IMG/VR virus record: IMGVR_UViG_2654588181_000004
Direction: 5' to 3' (one strand)
Source of the DNA: a virus
Lineage: Duplodnaviria > Heunggongvirae > Uroviricota > Caudoviricetes
DNA length: 15,991 nucleotides
This document shows, in pieces, positions 7,099 to 15,673 of the stretch. A model generated the notes under the pieces. It worked only from the letters and a program-made list of their open reading frames with translations. It made no database searches and had not been told where the DNA came from. The stretch's first letter is position 1, and each line of letters begins with the position of its first letter. A program made the translations under genes and the position numbers.

Positions 7099-9315
7099 AT
7101 GGAACTTAGATTAAAAAATGTTACCAGTTATAAGAAAGACGCCTTCACAATACTGAATCTTGAAAAAAGAGTAAACATACTATACGGCCAAAATGGTTGT
7201 GGCAAATCTACCATTTCAAATTATTTCTACGACTCTACACACACAGATTATAACGAGTGTGAATGTACCCTTCTTGACAATTACAAACCTCTTGTTTACA
7301 ACACTAAATTTATTGAAGATAATTTCTACAATGCACAGGAACAAAAAGGTGTTTTTACATTAAGTAAAGAAAATGCAGATATTGAAAAACAATTAATTGA
7401 AAAAGAAGCAATTAAACAGCAACTTACAGAGCAATATAGACAAAAAAAAGGAGTGTTATTGAAATTAGAAGCAGAAATGGAAAAAAAAGAAAATGAATAC
7501 ATCGAATCGATCTGGAAAAAAACAGAACCAATCAGAAACTCTGTACTAAAAACCTTAATGAAAGGTAAAGTTGGCTATAAAAGACCTTTTTTTGAGATGA
7601 TAAAATCATCCTCACCAATCACCTTTATTAATTTAAATGATATAGCAAAAGAATACTCTATACTATTAGAAAATAGAAACAATGAAACCGCATTAATAAC
7701 TCCTTTACATCCATATACCCCATCAATTGATGATGTAAATACATTAGCAACACCTATAATAGATACAAGCAATAGCTATTTATCAGAAACCATTAATAAA
7801 CTTCATAATCTTGACTGGGTAAAAAAAGGTAAAGAACATTATTTAGACGGTTCTACATGTCCGTTTTGTCAGGAAAAAACTATTAGTCACGAATTTTTAA
7901 ATGCCCTTAAATCAATATTTGACGAAAGTTATTCAAAGAAAGTAAAACAGCTCTCAGATATAAAGTCAGTTTATGAGAAAAATACCATATATCATTTTAA
8001 CGAAATACAAAACAATATATCATCATGTGCACTAATCAATGAGAAAGATAAAGAGATCATTATTTCCAATATTAAAATATTGCAAAACATTGCAGAAAAA
8101 AATTTAATAAACATTATTGATAAGATCAACAATCCATCAACATGCGTTACATTAGAAATTGATAAAGAACTAGAAAATCATGTTCAGGAAAGCATAGACG
8201 CTGTTAACAAAAAAATAAGAGACATAAATGATAAGGTTAAAAAACTCAAAGAGTATGAGAATAAAATCGGAAAACAAGTTTGGGGGGCTCTCCATGCTTT
8301 TTGCAGCGATGATTTAGAGAATTTATCCAAACACAAAGAAAAATTCTTTGATATCAAAAAGAAAGTTCATGATGAATTAAATAATATTGAGCAACAAGGA
8401 AAAGAAAATAATCTCACAATAAAAGCATTGCGAGATAAAATATCTAACATTGATTCTACGATAGACTCAATAAACACCCATTTAAAAAATCTAGGGATCT
8501 CTGGTTTTTGTATTGAAAAACATGCAGAAAGAAAAGATATGTACATTATATCTCGACCAGGGCATACAAAAAACCAAAATGTTTATAGATCTCTTAGCGA
8601 AGGTGAAAAAACACTAATAACGTTTCTTTATTTTTTAGAGTGCTGTAAAGGTAAAACCGATAAAAATGATACCGATAGCAGGGATATTTTTATTGTTATT
8701 GACGATCCAATATCTAGTCTATCGCAAAACTATGTCTACGACATCGCATCAATTATTCATCACCACATTATAAAAAATGAATCAACAAAGAAGGTATTAA
8801 TCCTTACTCACAATCTTTATTTCTTTCATGAACTTATTAAGCTATCTCCTAAAAGCAGAGAAGACAAACTATTTAAGAAAAACTATTATCTAGGTAGAGT
8901 AACGAAAAATTATTTTAGTATAATTACTGAAATACAAAAAAACAGCATACAGAATGAATATCAATCTTTGTGGCAAATATTAAAAGATGCAAAAGATGGC
9001 AAAGCAAACAAAATCATAATACCTAATATTATGAGAAACATACTAGAATATTATTTTGCATTTGTTCATAGAACAGATGCTCTACAAGATGAATTAACAA
9101 AGTTGGCACGCGACGATAGCAACAGTGATTTCAAAGCATTCTACAGATACATTAACAGAGGTTCTCACTCTGATGCGGTAAATATTACTGATATGGGCGA
9201 CATAGACCCAGATAAATACCTAAAACAATTGAGAACAATATTTTCAGCTACTGGTGACGAAATGCATTATTTAAAAATGATGGACGAACTAGAAGAGGAG
9301 AACGTTACCGCTTAG
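7099..9315 (+). CDS. RloC/PrrC-like protein: ABC (Rad50/SMC-like) ATPase with coiled-coil insert and CxxC hook, plus a small C-terminal HEPN-like nuclease domain; candidate abortive-infection anticodon nuclease
   Basis: 738-aa ORF with a good SD. Walker A GQNGCGKST (aa 30-38), K/E-rich coiled-coil stretches, CPFC (aa 254-257), ABC signature-like LSEGEK (499-504), Walker B DIFIVIDDP (529-537), H-loop LILTHN (567-572). C-terminal R646-x3-E650 and R683-x6-H690 resemble the PrrC/RloC R-E-H residues. Strongly AT-rich compared with the flanking prophage genes. Confidence 0.6.
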   Translation: MELRLKNVTSYKKDAFTILNLEKRVNILYGQNGCGKSTISNYFYDSTHTDYNECECTLLDNYKPLVYNTKFIEDNFYNAQEQKGVFTLSKENADIEKQLIEKEAIKQQLTEQYRQKKGVLLKLEAEMEKKENEYIESIWKKTEPIRNSVLKTLMKGKVGYKRPFFEMIKSSSPITFINLNDIAKEYSILLENRNNETALITPLHPYTPSIDDVNTLATPIIDTSNSYLSETINKLHNLDWVKKGKEHYLDGSTCPFCQEKTISHEFLNALKSIFDESYSKKVKQLSDIKSVYEKNTIYHFNEIQNNISSCALINEKDKEIIISNIKILQNIAEKNLINIIDKINNPSTCVTLEIDKELENHVQESIDAVNKKIRDINDKVKKLKEYENKIGKQVWGALHAFCSDDLENLSKHKEKFFDIKKKVHDELNNIEQQGKENNLTIKALRDKISNIDSTIDSINTHLKNLGISGFCIEKHAERKDMYIISRPGHTKNQNVYRSLSEGEKTLITFLYFLECCKGKTDKNDTDSRDIFIVIDDPISSLSQNYVYDIASIIHHHIIKNESTKKVLILTHNLYFFHELIKLSPKSREDKLFKKNYYLGRVTKNYFSIITEIQKNSIQNEYQSLWQILKDAKDGKANKIIIPNIMRNILEYYFAFVHRTDALQDELTKLARDDSNSDFKAFYRYINRGSHSDAVNITDMGDIDPDKYLKQLRTIFSATGDEMHYLKMMDELEEENVTA

Positions 9316-9564
9316 GCCGCATATTATCGTTTTGGGTAAGAACGACGGTGCTTACGCACCGTCTCCCAACGCCCAAAGCGGTAGCGGTTGTACTGGCGTA
9401 CATTCACTAGCTTTAACATGAGGCAATCTCCATGCCAGCACTATTGTTGCCAATAGCAGCCTTTATACCCTTTGTACAAAGCTAATACCAAGAGTAATGC
9501 AAAGTAGATGTCCCAAGCGGTAACGGGGCTATTCTATGTCAAACACAGAAAAAATCAAAGCACC

Positions 9565-11829
9565 CTATGAATCCCCCCAACCATCAGCGACCGGATACGT
9601 GAATTTTTTCCCGTCATAATTTACGGTCGCTCCACGCGCCAGCGCCTCAAGCTCCCATCGCTGCGGCCTGATACCGTTCTGAGCAAGGTCAACGCGGATA
9701 CGGGTGATTTGCAATCGTTCAGACCTGGTCAGTCTGGCAGATGGTGCAATTTCATGCGGTTTTAACGGGCTTCCGTTTCTTTGCTGACGGTTTGGCGTTC
9801 TCAGGTCGTATTTTAATGCGCCCCTGAGCGCCCTCACGACCTCCGGTTCATTCCATTCAATAACACCGTCATCAACCAGATTAAGCACTGCTGCGGCGTG
9901 CTCAGAAGGTGTGGGAGCCGGTAACGAAGTATCACCACCGGTGAGCTTTCCACAGTTATTGACAGGACTCCGAGGCGCGGCGATGCCGCTTTTTAAAGTC
10001 AAAGGCTCAACGACCGGAACTTTCGGAACAATGCGCCAGTCCGTCGTTCTGGTGATATGAATATGACGCGCGCCGAGATGCGGCGCGTAAATGCCGACCA
10101 CTCTCTCGACTTCTTCCTCGTACTCGTTAACTTCATCCGACGGACTACGGGCAACCCTGACAGTCTGACAATCGCGCGGAACATTTGCCCCACCCTGCGC
10201 GCTGATATACAACGCAAAATCACCACTGTCTGCGGCGGCGCGTGCAGCCTCGACGCGTTCGTCAAACTCATCAGCAATGCTGACGCCGCGAGGCAATTTG
10301 CGTAGTTCACGGTAAGCGCCCATTGTCGGCAGGCCAACCGTTTTAAATTGCGGGATACGCCACGTTGACGCCCATGCGGTAACAGCCGCTGCAGTGTCTT
10401 TCAGCGGCCTGCCGGTATCGTTATCGAGCTGACCATCCAGTGCATAGCCGTCGATATTTTTTGAGATGTATTTTGCGATATATCCCGCAGCACCGCCCCG
10501 GTTAAGGTGTTTTGCCTGAAAACGGTTTCGCGCGGCTCCTCTTTCGTTACCATCCTCTTTGAGCGCATAGCGACGCATGATTTCGATAATCTGGTTACGC
10601 TGGCGTGGATTACAAAAAAGCATCATATGCCAGTGCGGCGTTCCGTCGTGGTGTGGCTCGACGACACGCAAACCGTAGACCTGTAAATCATTATCCTTGA
10701 ATGCCGTGCGCATCAGGCTCCAGATACGGCAGAGATAACGCTGCGCATCCTTCGGATTAAATGCCTCATCGTTCCAGCCGTGATTAAGCTGGACGGTTTT
10801 ACTTTCTCCTTTTCCGACCTGACGTGTCGGGTGATACTTTGACGGCGTGGTCAGCGTGATAAACATCCCCACATCACCCTCTGCGGCGGCGTAACGCTCA
10901 ATACCGGCAATGGTGTTCATCAGCTCCATCCGGCGAATTTCAGGATTAGAAATACTGCCCATCACCTTACTGATAAGGTCGATGCGCTCGCCGGTTTCCC
11001 TGTTTTCAAGGTCACATGATTTAAGAAACTCCAGATTTGCCTGGCGGCGCGCACGCACATCACGAATGGCATGTTTACTGGCATAAGGAGAACGGTCTTT
11101 ATTGACCTCCCCGACAGCAATCAGTAACGCCTCATGCCAGCGCATGCGCTGGCCTTTAAGCTGATGAGTCCACCACTCATCGTTAAACAGACGGGCAATG
11201 GCAGAATATGCCTGCCTCGTGGTCATCTGTCCTTTACGGTATTTTTTCCAGTAGAGAGGGGAAATATTGAAAGCTCGTGCAGCGCCAGCAACATGACCAT
11301 ACAGGTGATCCTGAGCCTCATCCGTAAACAGTGATTCTTTTTCGCCATGCGCATCCACCCAGGCATCGCTGAGTTCCTCATACATCATGAAAAGCTGCGA
11401 TGAGATACGGGCGGCAAACTTTTTCAGCTCCTTGTCATTCATTCCCGGCAGGCGCGCATAGTGGTCACGCTCTGCCAGAAACAGCAACGACGCGTCGGTG
11501 TTCATTTCATGGCGCTGATTCACACGCTCAATGCGCGGCCATAAACGACGCTGAAAAGTGGATGTGAGGAAATAAAACCCGTGTACCGGGCTTTTATTGC
11601 GCCTGATGTAGTCATAGCGTGAAGTAAACAGCGAGCGCAAAAAGTAAGGCAGGCGGTTAATCGTGGATAAAACACCTTGCACCTGACGCATCTCATCACG
11701 TGTAAGAGGTCTTTCGCGCCCGACAGCCTCGCGTGGCGCGTTCCATGCATAAGCACCGGTAAACATCTTACCGGTGCCTGCGGCAAATGCTGACGGAGGG
11801 ACAAAACGCCCGGAGGCTTTAACGGCCAT
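9565..11829 (-). CDS. A: P2 gpA-like rolling-circle replication initiator (HUH endonuclease)
   Basis: HUH motif (PHWHMMLF) and catalytic tyrosine motif (GYIAKYISKNIDG). The N-terminus MAVKASGRFVPPSAF... matches my recollection of the P2 A start; the track ORF extends 14 codons further upstream from a TTG (to 11871), which I consider less likely. Confidence 0.8.
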   Translation of the reverse strand: MAVKASGRFVPPSAFAAGTGKMFTGAYAWNAPREAVGRERPLTRDEMRQVQGVLSTINRLPYFLRSLFTSRYDYIRRNKSPVHGFYFLTSTFQRRLWPRIERVNQRHEMNTDASLLFLAERDHYARLPGMNDKELKKFAARISSQLFMMYEELSDAWVDAHGEKESLFTDEAQDHLYGHVAGAARAFNISPLYWKKYRKGQMTTRQAYSAIARLFNDEWWTHQLKGQRMRWHEALLIAVGEVNKDRSPYASKHAIRDVRARRQANLEFLKSCDLENRETGERIDLISKVMGSISNPEIRRMELMNTIAGIERYAAAEGDVGMFITLTTPSKYHPTRQVGKGESKTVQLNHGWNDEAFNPKDAQRYLCRIWSLMRTAFKDNDLQVYGLRVVEPHHDGTPHWHMMLFCNPRQRNQIIEIMRRYALKEDGNERGAARNRFQAKHLNRGGAAGYIAKYISKNIDGYALDGQLDNDTGRPLKDTAAAVTAWASTWRIPQFKTVGLPTMGAYRELRKLPRGVSIADEFDERVEAARAAADSGDFALYISAQGGANVPRDCQTVRVARSPSDEVNEYEEEVERVVGIYAPHLGARHIHITRTTDWRIVPKVPVVEPLTLKSGIAAPRSPVNNCGKLTGGDTSLPAPTPSEHAAAVLNLVDDGVIEWNEPEVVRALRGALKYDLRTPNRQQRNGSPLKPHEIAPSARLTRSERLQITRIRVDLAQNGIRPQRWELEALARGATVNYDGKKFTYPVADGWGDS

Positions 11830-12094
11830 ATGAGCCAAAAGCCTCTGAACAACGCCTGCTGAGTTGCTCAACCTGCGCGTTTAAATCAGCAAAAGACTTT
11901 GCGCTTCCGGTCAGAATATCGTGATGCATCAGGCCGGAAACGAGCTGGCTTAATTTCGGGTAATAACCAACCACCGCCAGCCATTCCTGACCGGCGTTTT
12001 TACCGCTTTCCGCTCTCTTTTTCTCGTGGAGAATAAACTGAAAGCTGTCACTGGTAACGACATAACGTTCGCCAATTTCAATACGAATACTCAT
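11819..12094 (-). CDS. Small early-region protein, unknown function (P2 orf83-position)
   Basis: 91-aa ORF in an overlapping, co-oriented string between B and A; stop overlaps the A start. Confidence 0.55.
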   Translation of the reverse strand: MSIRIEIGERYVVTSDSFQFILHEKKRAESGKNAGQEWLAVVGYYPKLSQLVSGLMHHDILTGSAKSFADLNAQVEQLSRRCSEAFGSYGR

Positions 12095-12315
12095 GCCGTT
12101 CTCCGGTAATGTTTGTTTTTTGCTTCAAAGACTGACTGACAGGAAACACAACGCGTGGCTGACGGGTAAGCCGCACGACGGGCAGCAGGTATTGGCGCGT
12201 CACACTCTTCGCAAACCAGCGCAGAAGCACCGCAATGTTTTACCCTTGCCGCGTTAATCTGGCGCTCCAGTAATTCAGCCTGTTGTTCCTGAATAAAATC
12301 TACGTTGTCCGGCAT
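12091..12315 (-). CDS. DksA/TraR-family C4 zinc-finger protein (P2 orf82-position)
   Basis: 74 aa with CEEC...x17...CVSC (Cx2C-x17-Cx2C); start overlaps the stop of the upstream ORF (ATGA). Confidence 0.65.
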   Translation of the reverse strand: MPDNVDFIQEQQAELLERQINAARVKHCGASALVCEECDAPIPAARRAAYPSATRCVSCQSVFEAKNKHYRRTA

Positions 12316-12317
12316 TA

Positions 12318-12620
12318 TCAGCTCCTTTTATCGTTAAGTTTCCTGGATACATCAGCGCAATAACTGGCAAGCTCTGTCGTTAATTTTGTCAGTTCATCCA
12401 CTGAGGAAATTTGCTTGTGGAATACAGCGCGTTTAACAAGTAAATTGACCACATCAGACAGGAGGTTTAATTCATTCTGATAAATCGCGATAACAGATTC
12501 AGTTATGTCGCGTTTTTCTTTATCAAGGCAAAGTTGAATAAGAGACAAATCGCCATTTTTCATAACGGCGATTTTTAAGGCGTTATTCAGTAATACAACT
12601 GAATGAGAACAGGACATCAA
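12318..12620 (-). CDS. Small early-region protein, unknown function (P2 orf81-position)
   Basis: 100-aa ORF, co-oriented and tightly packed with neighbours; locally more AT-rich than the flanking genes. Confidence 0.5.
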   Translation of the reverse strand: MMSCSHSVVLLNNALKIAVMKNGDLSLIQLCLDKEKRDITESVIAIYQNELNLLSDVVNLLVKRAVFHKQISSVDELTKLTTELASYCADVSRKLNDKRS

Positions 12621-12874
12621 AGCACCTCCCCGCGAGACAATCCGATATTGTGAAATTTTTCCGACTCCTGACTGAGCAGCTCGACTATCTCCACGCGGGA
12701 TAACTCCGCCTTTGTGATATGGCGAATCATGGCGTCAAGATGAGAAGAAAAGCGTGTCGCTGCGTCGGCCTGTGCTTCGGTTCTGGCCTGTTGCAGCAGT
12801 AATGCGTATTTACCGCACTGATTTTCAGAAACTGTATGCATGACTTTCTCCAGGCAAAAAGAAGCCCCGCACAA
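12617..12874 (-). CDS. Small early-region protein, unknown function (P2 orf80-position); true start may be the internal Met
   Basis: 85-aa ORF whose stop overlaps the next start (ATGA). Confidence 0.45.
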   Translation of the reverse strand: MCGASFCLEKVMHTVSENQCGKYALLLQQARTEAQADAATRFSSHLDAMIRHITKAELSRVEIVELLSQESEKFHNIGLSRGEVL

Positions 12875-12904
12875 TTAAGTGCGTTAAAAACTCTGGTTAA
12901 TTAC

Positions 12905-13405
12905 TTAATGCAGATATTGCTCTGGTTTTACCGACGTCAGAATTGTCGGTGCATACTCAAACAGGCTGAACAATTCACGTAATGCACGGAATAAAGCATC
13001 ACGCCAGTAACATGATTCTTCATTAATTCGCCAGTATGGCTGGTTGAATTCTTTTTCAGTCAATCCGGCATGCATAAATAAAGTACGACGCTGACTGACT
13101 GTTAAAAAACTAATATATGCATACTCACTTGCGCCAACCTGACGGCGTTTTGAGAATGCCCCACGCAATTCATCAATTGCGCAAACCAGCCGTTCACGTT
13201 CGACGTCGTTCATTTCTTCAAAACGCATCGTTGCGTGACGCTGTTTTAACTGCGCATGGAAGCAAACCGTTAGCCGTTCGCGTTCCATCATCTGATTATA
13301 ATAATCGCATGTCTCCTGCCAGCGAGGGACGGCCAGATGCTTACCAATTATCCGGCGCATAGCTGCTGGCTGTTTTTCAACGAGATTGAGCGTCATCACT
13401 GTCAT
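12905..13405 (-). CDS. B: P2 gpB-like replication protein (helicase-loader-like), 166 aa
   Basis: 166 aa, the P2 gpB length, between cox and the small ORFs preceding A. Confidence 0.8.
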   Translation of the reverse strand: MTVMTLNLVEKQPAAMRRIIGKHLAVPRWQETCDYYNQMMERERLTVCFHAQLKQRHATMRFEEMNDVERERLVCAIDELRGAFSKRRQVGASEYAYISFLTVSQRRTLFMHAGLTEKEFNQPYWRINEESCYWRDALFRALRELFSLFEYAPTILTSVKPEQYLH

Positions 13406-13572
13406 TTCCAGACCCTCCGGCTTTTCAGAAAGGTCAGAGCCTTTTTTAACGGACTCTGTTTTTTGGTGCGGATAATGATTCCCTTACGCCCCTTACCGTG
13501 GGTGATGGTGAAGTCAATCGCCCTGGGGCTTTCGTTACGCAATAACTGAGCAATACAACGAGGCTCATTCAT
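13402..13572 (-). CDS. Small basic protein (P2 orf78-position); start taken at the internal ATG
   Basis: The track ORF (13402..13596) overlaps the cox 3' end by 14 nt; the internal Met gives a 56-aa product starting just after the cox stop. Confidence 0.4.
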   Translation of the reverse strand: MNEPRCIAQLLRNESPRAIDFTITHGKGRKGIIIRTKKQSPLKKALTFLKSRRVWK

Positions 13573-13582
13573 ACGGTTCTCC

Positions 13583-13858
13583 TTAACGTGGTTCACCGAG
13601 ACCTAACCACATCAACCAGCCGTCACGAATCTCTTTAGGACGGCTTTCATAAGCCAGTTTTAGTCCGTTATTCCATGCCGGAAGGTATACCCAATATTCA
13701 CCAGCACGCCCCGATACTGACTGAGGGTCAGTAATCTCAATAACTGGTAATTTCCCTTTCTCAATCATGCCCCTTACAGCTCTTGGAGTTTTGCCAATGA
13801 GTTTTGCAAACTCCTGATAAGGCACGGCATCAGTCACGCTTACAAGCTGTCTATTCAT
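13583..13858 (-). CDS. cox: P2 Cox-like excisionase/early repressor (HTH), 91 aa
   Basis: 91 aa, the P2 Cox length, divergent from the C repressor gene and first gene of the cox-B-A operon; HTH-like segment FAKLIGKTPRAVRGMIEKGKLP. Confidence 0.75.
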   Translation of the reverse strand: MNRQLVSVTDAVPYQEFAKLIGKTPRAVRGMIEKGKLPVIEITDPQSVSGRAGEYWVYLPAWNNGLKLAYESRPKEIRDGWLMWLGLGEPR

Positions 13859-13880
13859 CTGCTACGATTCTCCCTTAGTG

Positions 13881-13901
13881 CTTCTAATGGCTCCTAATGG
13901 C
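13881..13901. promoter_or_regulatory. Tandem direct repeats (T/C)CTAATGGCT x2 in the cox/C intergenic switch region; candidate C-repressor operator half-sites at the early promoter
   Basis: Two 10-bp tandem copies seen in the 121-bp cox-C intergenic region. P2 C repressor is known to bind direct repeats flanking the -10 of the early promoter. Confidence 0.4.
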
Positions 13902-13979
13902 TAATTATTGCCTAAAAGGATAACTCCAGAAGCACAACATTTCATACCATCAGCAAGAAATTACGCAATCGGAGTAATT

Positions 13980-14279
13980 ATGTCAATAGACGTTTCGGAG
14001 AAGTTGAAGCTAATCCGTGAATCTGAAAGGTTAAACCGTAAAGAATTCAGTGAATTAACTGGTGTAGCCTACAGCTCACTTTCGAGCTATGAGAGCCGGT
14101 CAAAAAACGCTGGAGTTGAAGCCATAATGAAGGTCTTACAACATCCTAGATTTACTAAATATACTTTGTGGTTCATGACTGATCAGGTAGCTCCAGAAGC
14201 CGGGCAAATTGCGCCCGCTCTCGCACACTTTGGGCAAAACGAAACAACGTCGCCCCACTCCGGTCAAAAGACTGGTTAA
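13980..14279 (+). CDS. C: P2 C-type immunity repressor, 99 aa
   Basis: MSIDVSEKLKLIRESE...TKYTLWFMTDQVAPEAGQIAPALAHFGQNETTSPHSGQKTG closely resembles the P2 C protein as I recall it. Start taken at the internal ATG, giving the canonical 99 aa. Confidence 0.85.
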   Translation: MSIDVSEKLKLIRESERLNRKEFSELTGVAYSSLSSYESRSKNAGVEAIMKVLQHPRFTKYTLWFMTDQVAPEAGQIAPALAHFGQNETTSPHSGQKTG

Positions 14280-14394
14280 CAATTTATCGTGAATATATTC
14301 ATCACAAGTGCCTACTATTGGTGGCTAAATTTCAGCCACCACGAAAAAAGCGATTAGTAGTAGCAAAAAAAAGTACCACTCGGAGGGTTTTCTG

Positions 14395-15408
14395 ATGGCA
14401 ATCAAAAAACTCGATGATGGTCGATATGAAGTGGACATCCGCCCTACTGGACGTAACGGAAAACGCATCCGTAGGAAGTTTGATAAGAAAAGCGAAGCTG
14501 TCGCTTTCGAAAAATACACGTTGTACAACCACCACAATAAAGAATGGCTATCAAAACCAACAGACAAACGACGTCTGTCGGAACTGACACAGATCTGGTG
14601 GGATTTAAAGGGTAAACACGAAGAGCATGGGAAATCTAATCTTGGAAAAATTGAAATCTTCACAAAAATAACGAATGACCCATGCGCATTTCAAATCACG
14701 AAATCCCTTATCAGCCAGTACTGCGCCACCCGAAGAAGTCAGGGTATTAAACCTTCGAGTATCAATCGTGATTTAACATGTATTAGCGGCATGTTTACAG
14801 CCCTGATTGAAGCGGAGTTATTCTTTGGTGAGCACCCTATCAGAGGGACAAAGAGGCTTAAGGAGGAAAAACCAGAAACAGGCTATCTCACACAGGAAGA
14901 AATTGCCTTACTGCTTGCAGCACTTGACGGCGACAATAAAAAGATTGCGATTCTTTGCCTGAGTACAGGAGCACGTTGGGGAGAAGCAGCTCGTTTGAAA
15001 GCAGAAAATATCATCCATAACCGCGTCACATTTGTTAAAACGAAAACAAACAAACCACGCACCGTCCCGATCTCAGAGGCTGTTGCCAAAATGATCGCGG
15101 ATAACAAACGAGGTTTTTTATTCCCTGATGCTGATTACCCTCGCTTCAGACGAACAATGAAAGCAATAAAACCGGATTTGCCAACGGGGCAAGCCACACA
15201 TGCACTAAGGCACAGCTTTGCCACTCATTTCATGATTAATGGAGGAAGTATTATCACGCTACAACGGATACTAGGTCACACGCGGATTGAGCAAACTATG
15301 GTTTACGCTCATTTTGCGCCAGAGTACCTTCAGGACGCCATTTCTCTTAATCCGCTAAGAGGTGGTACTGAGGCCGAGAGTGTCCACACAGTGTCCACAG
15401 TAGAGTAA
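14395..15408 (+). CDS. int: P2-type tyrosine integrase, 337 aa
   Basis: 337 aa, the P2 Int length, with tyrosine-recombinase catalytic motifs (HALRHSFATHF; LGHTRIEQTMVYAH). Adjacent to the att core at the prophage end. Confidence 0.9.
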   Translation: MAIKKLDDGRYEVDIRPTGRNGKRIRRKFDKKSEAVAFEKYTLYNHHNKEWLSKPTDKRRLSELTQIWWDLKGKHEEHGKSNLGKIEIFTKITNDPCAFQITKSLISQYCATRRSQGIKPSSINRDLTCISGMFTALIEAELFFGEHPIRGTKRLKEEKPETGYLTQEEIALLLAALDGDNKKIAILCLSTGARWGEAARLKAENIIHNRVTFVKTKTNKPRTVPISEAVAKMIADNKRGFLFPDADYPRFRRTMKAIKPDLPTGQATHALRHSFATHFMINGGSIITLQRILGHTRIEQTMVYAHFAPEYLQDAISLNPLRGGTEAESVHTVSTVE

Positions 15409-15487
15409 CGTTTAAGGGCTTTCAGTGGTAATTTATGCCGCTCAAACCCGCATTGTACCGTTGAAAGCCCCTACTGGTGACACCCTA

Positions 15488-15514
15488 AATCTCCCTTACA
15501 CGGGCTTATTTTTT
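15488..15514. repeat. Prophage attachment-site core, int-proximal copy (attL-type), 27 bp AATCTCCCTTACACGGGCTTATTTTTT
   Basis: Exact direct repeat of 1507-1533, located about 80 bp downstream of the int stop. Confidence 0.8.
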
Positions 15515-15673
15515 TATGCATAAGCCCTATCTCTGGTAACCGTCTTCCATTGACCACATCGATAGAATCCTCCTTCATAGCACGATGCCTTTCACTTATC
15601 GGCATCGTGCTCCCACAGGTTCCGGCTACGCACAGCCAGAACGCGCATATTTGACGCTTACCAAAAAATATTC

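Larger units (their letters stand above)
1507..15514. mobile_element. Defective (cryptic) P2-like prophage, about 14 kb, integrated at the cyaR 3' end; retains ogr, D, T', E, FII, FI', cos, one cargo gene, A, B, cox, C and int; lacks all capsid, lysis and tail-fibre genes
   Basis: Bounded by 27-bp direct repeats. Gene content and order are P2-like when read on the minus strand. The cos site sits directly between an FI fragment and the cargo gene, implying deletion of the Q-to-FI block. Confidence 0.85.

Noticed and set aside
9016-9315. Alternative reading of the cargo protein C-terminus as a TOPRIM (OLD-like) nuclease domain
   Set aside because: The region is only about 100 aa and lacks a clear conserved Glu followed by a DxD pair at TOPRIM spacing, whereas R-x3-E and R-x6-H fit a HEPN/PrrC-like domain better. 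This cannot be fully excluded without profile searches.
11830-11871. Fourteen-codon N-terminal extension of gene A (MSNSAGVVQRLLAH-)
   Set aside because: It starts at a TTG and overlaps the upstream ORF by about 50 nt. The internal ATG gives the MAVKASGRF N-terminus expected for P2-type A protein.
14325-14663. 112-aa and 67-aa minus-strand ORFs overlapping the int 5' region
   Set aside because: Antisense to the clearly supported integrase gene; hydrophobic, low-complexity translations.
15577-15607. 10-bp inverted repeat GCACGATGCC...GGCATCGTGC between attL and yegR
   Set aside because: No adjacent U-tract on either strand, so not a convincing intrinsic terminator. It could be a protein-binding site or REP-like element, but there is not enough evidence to call it.
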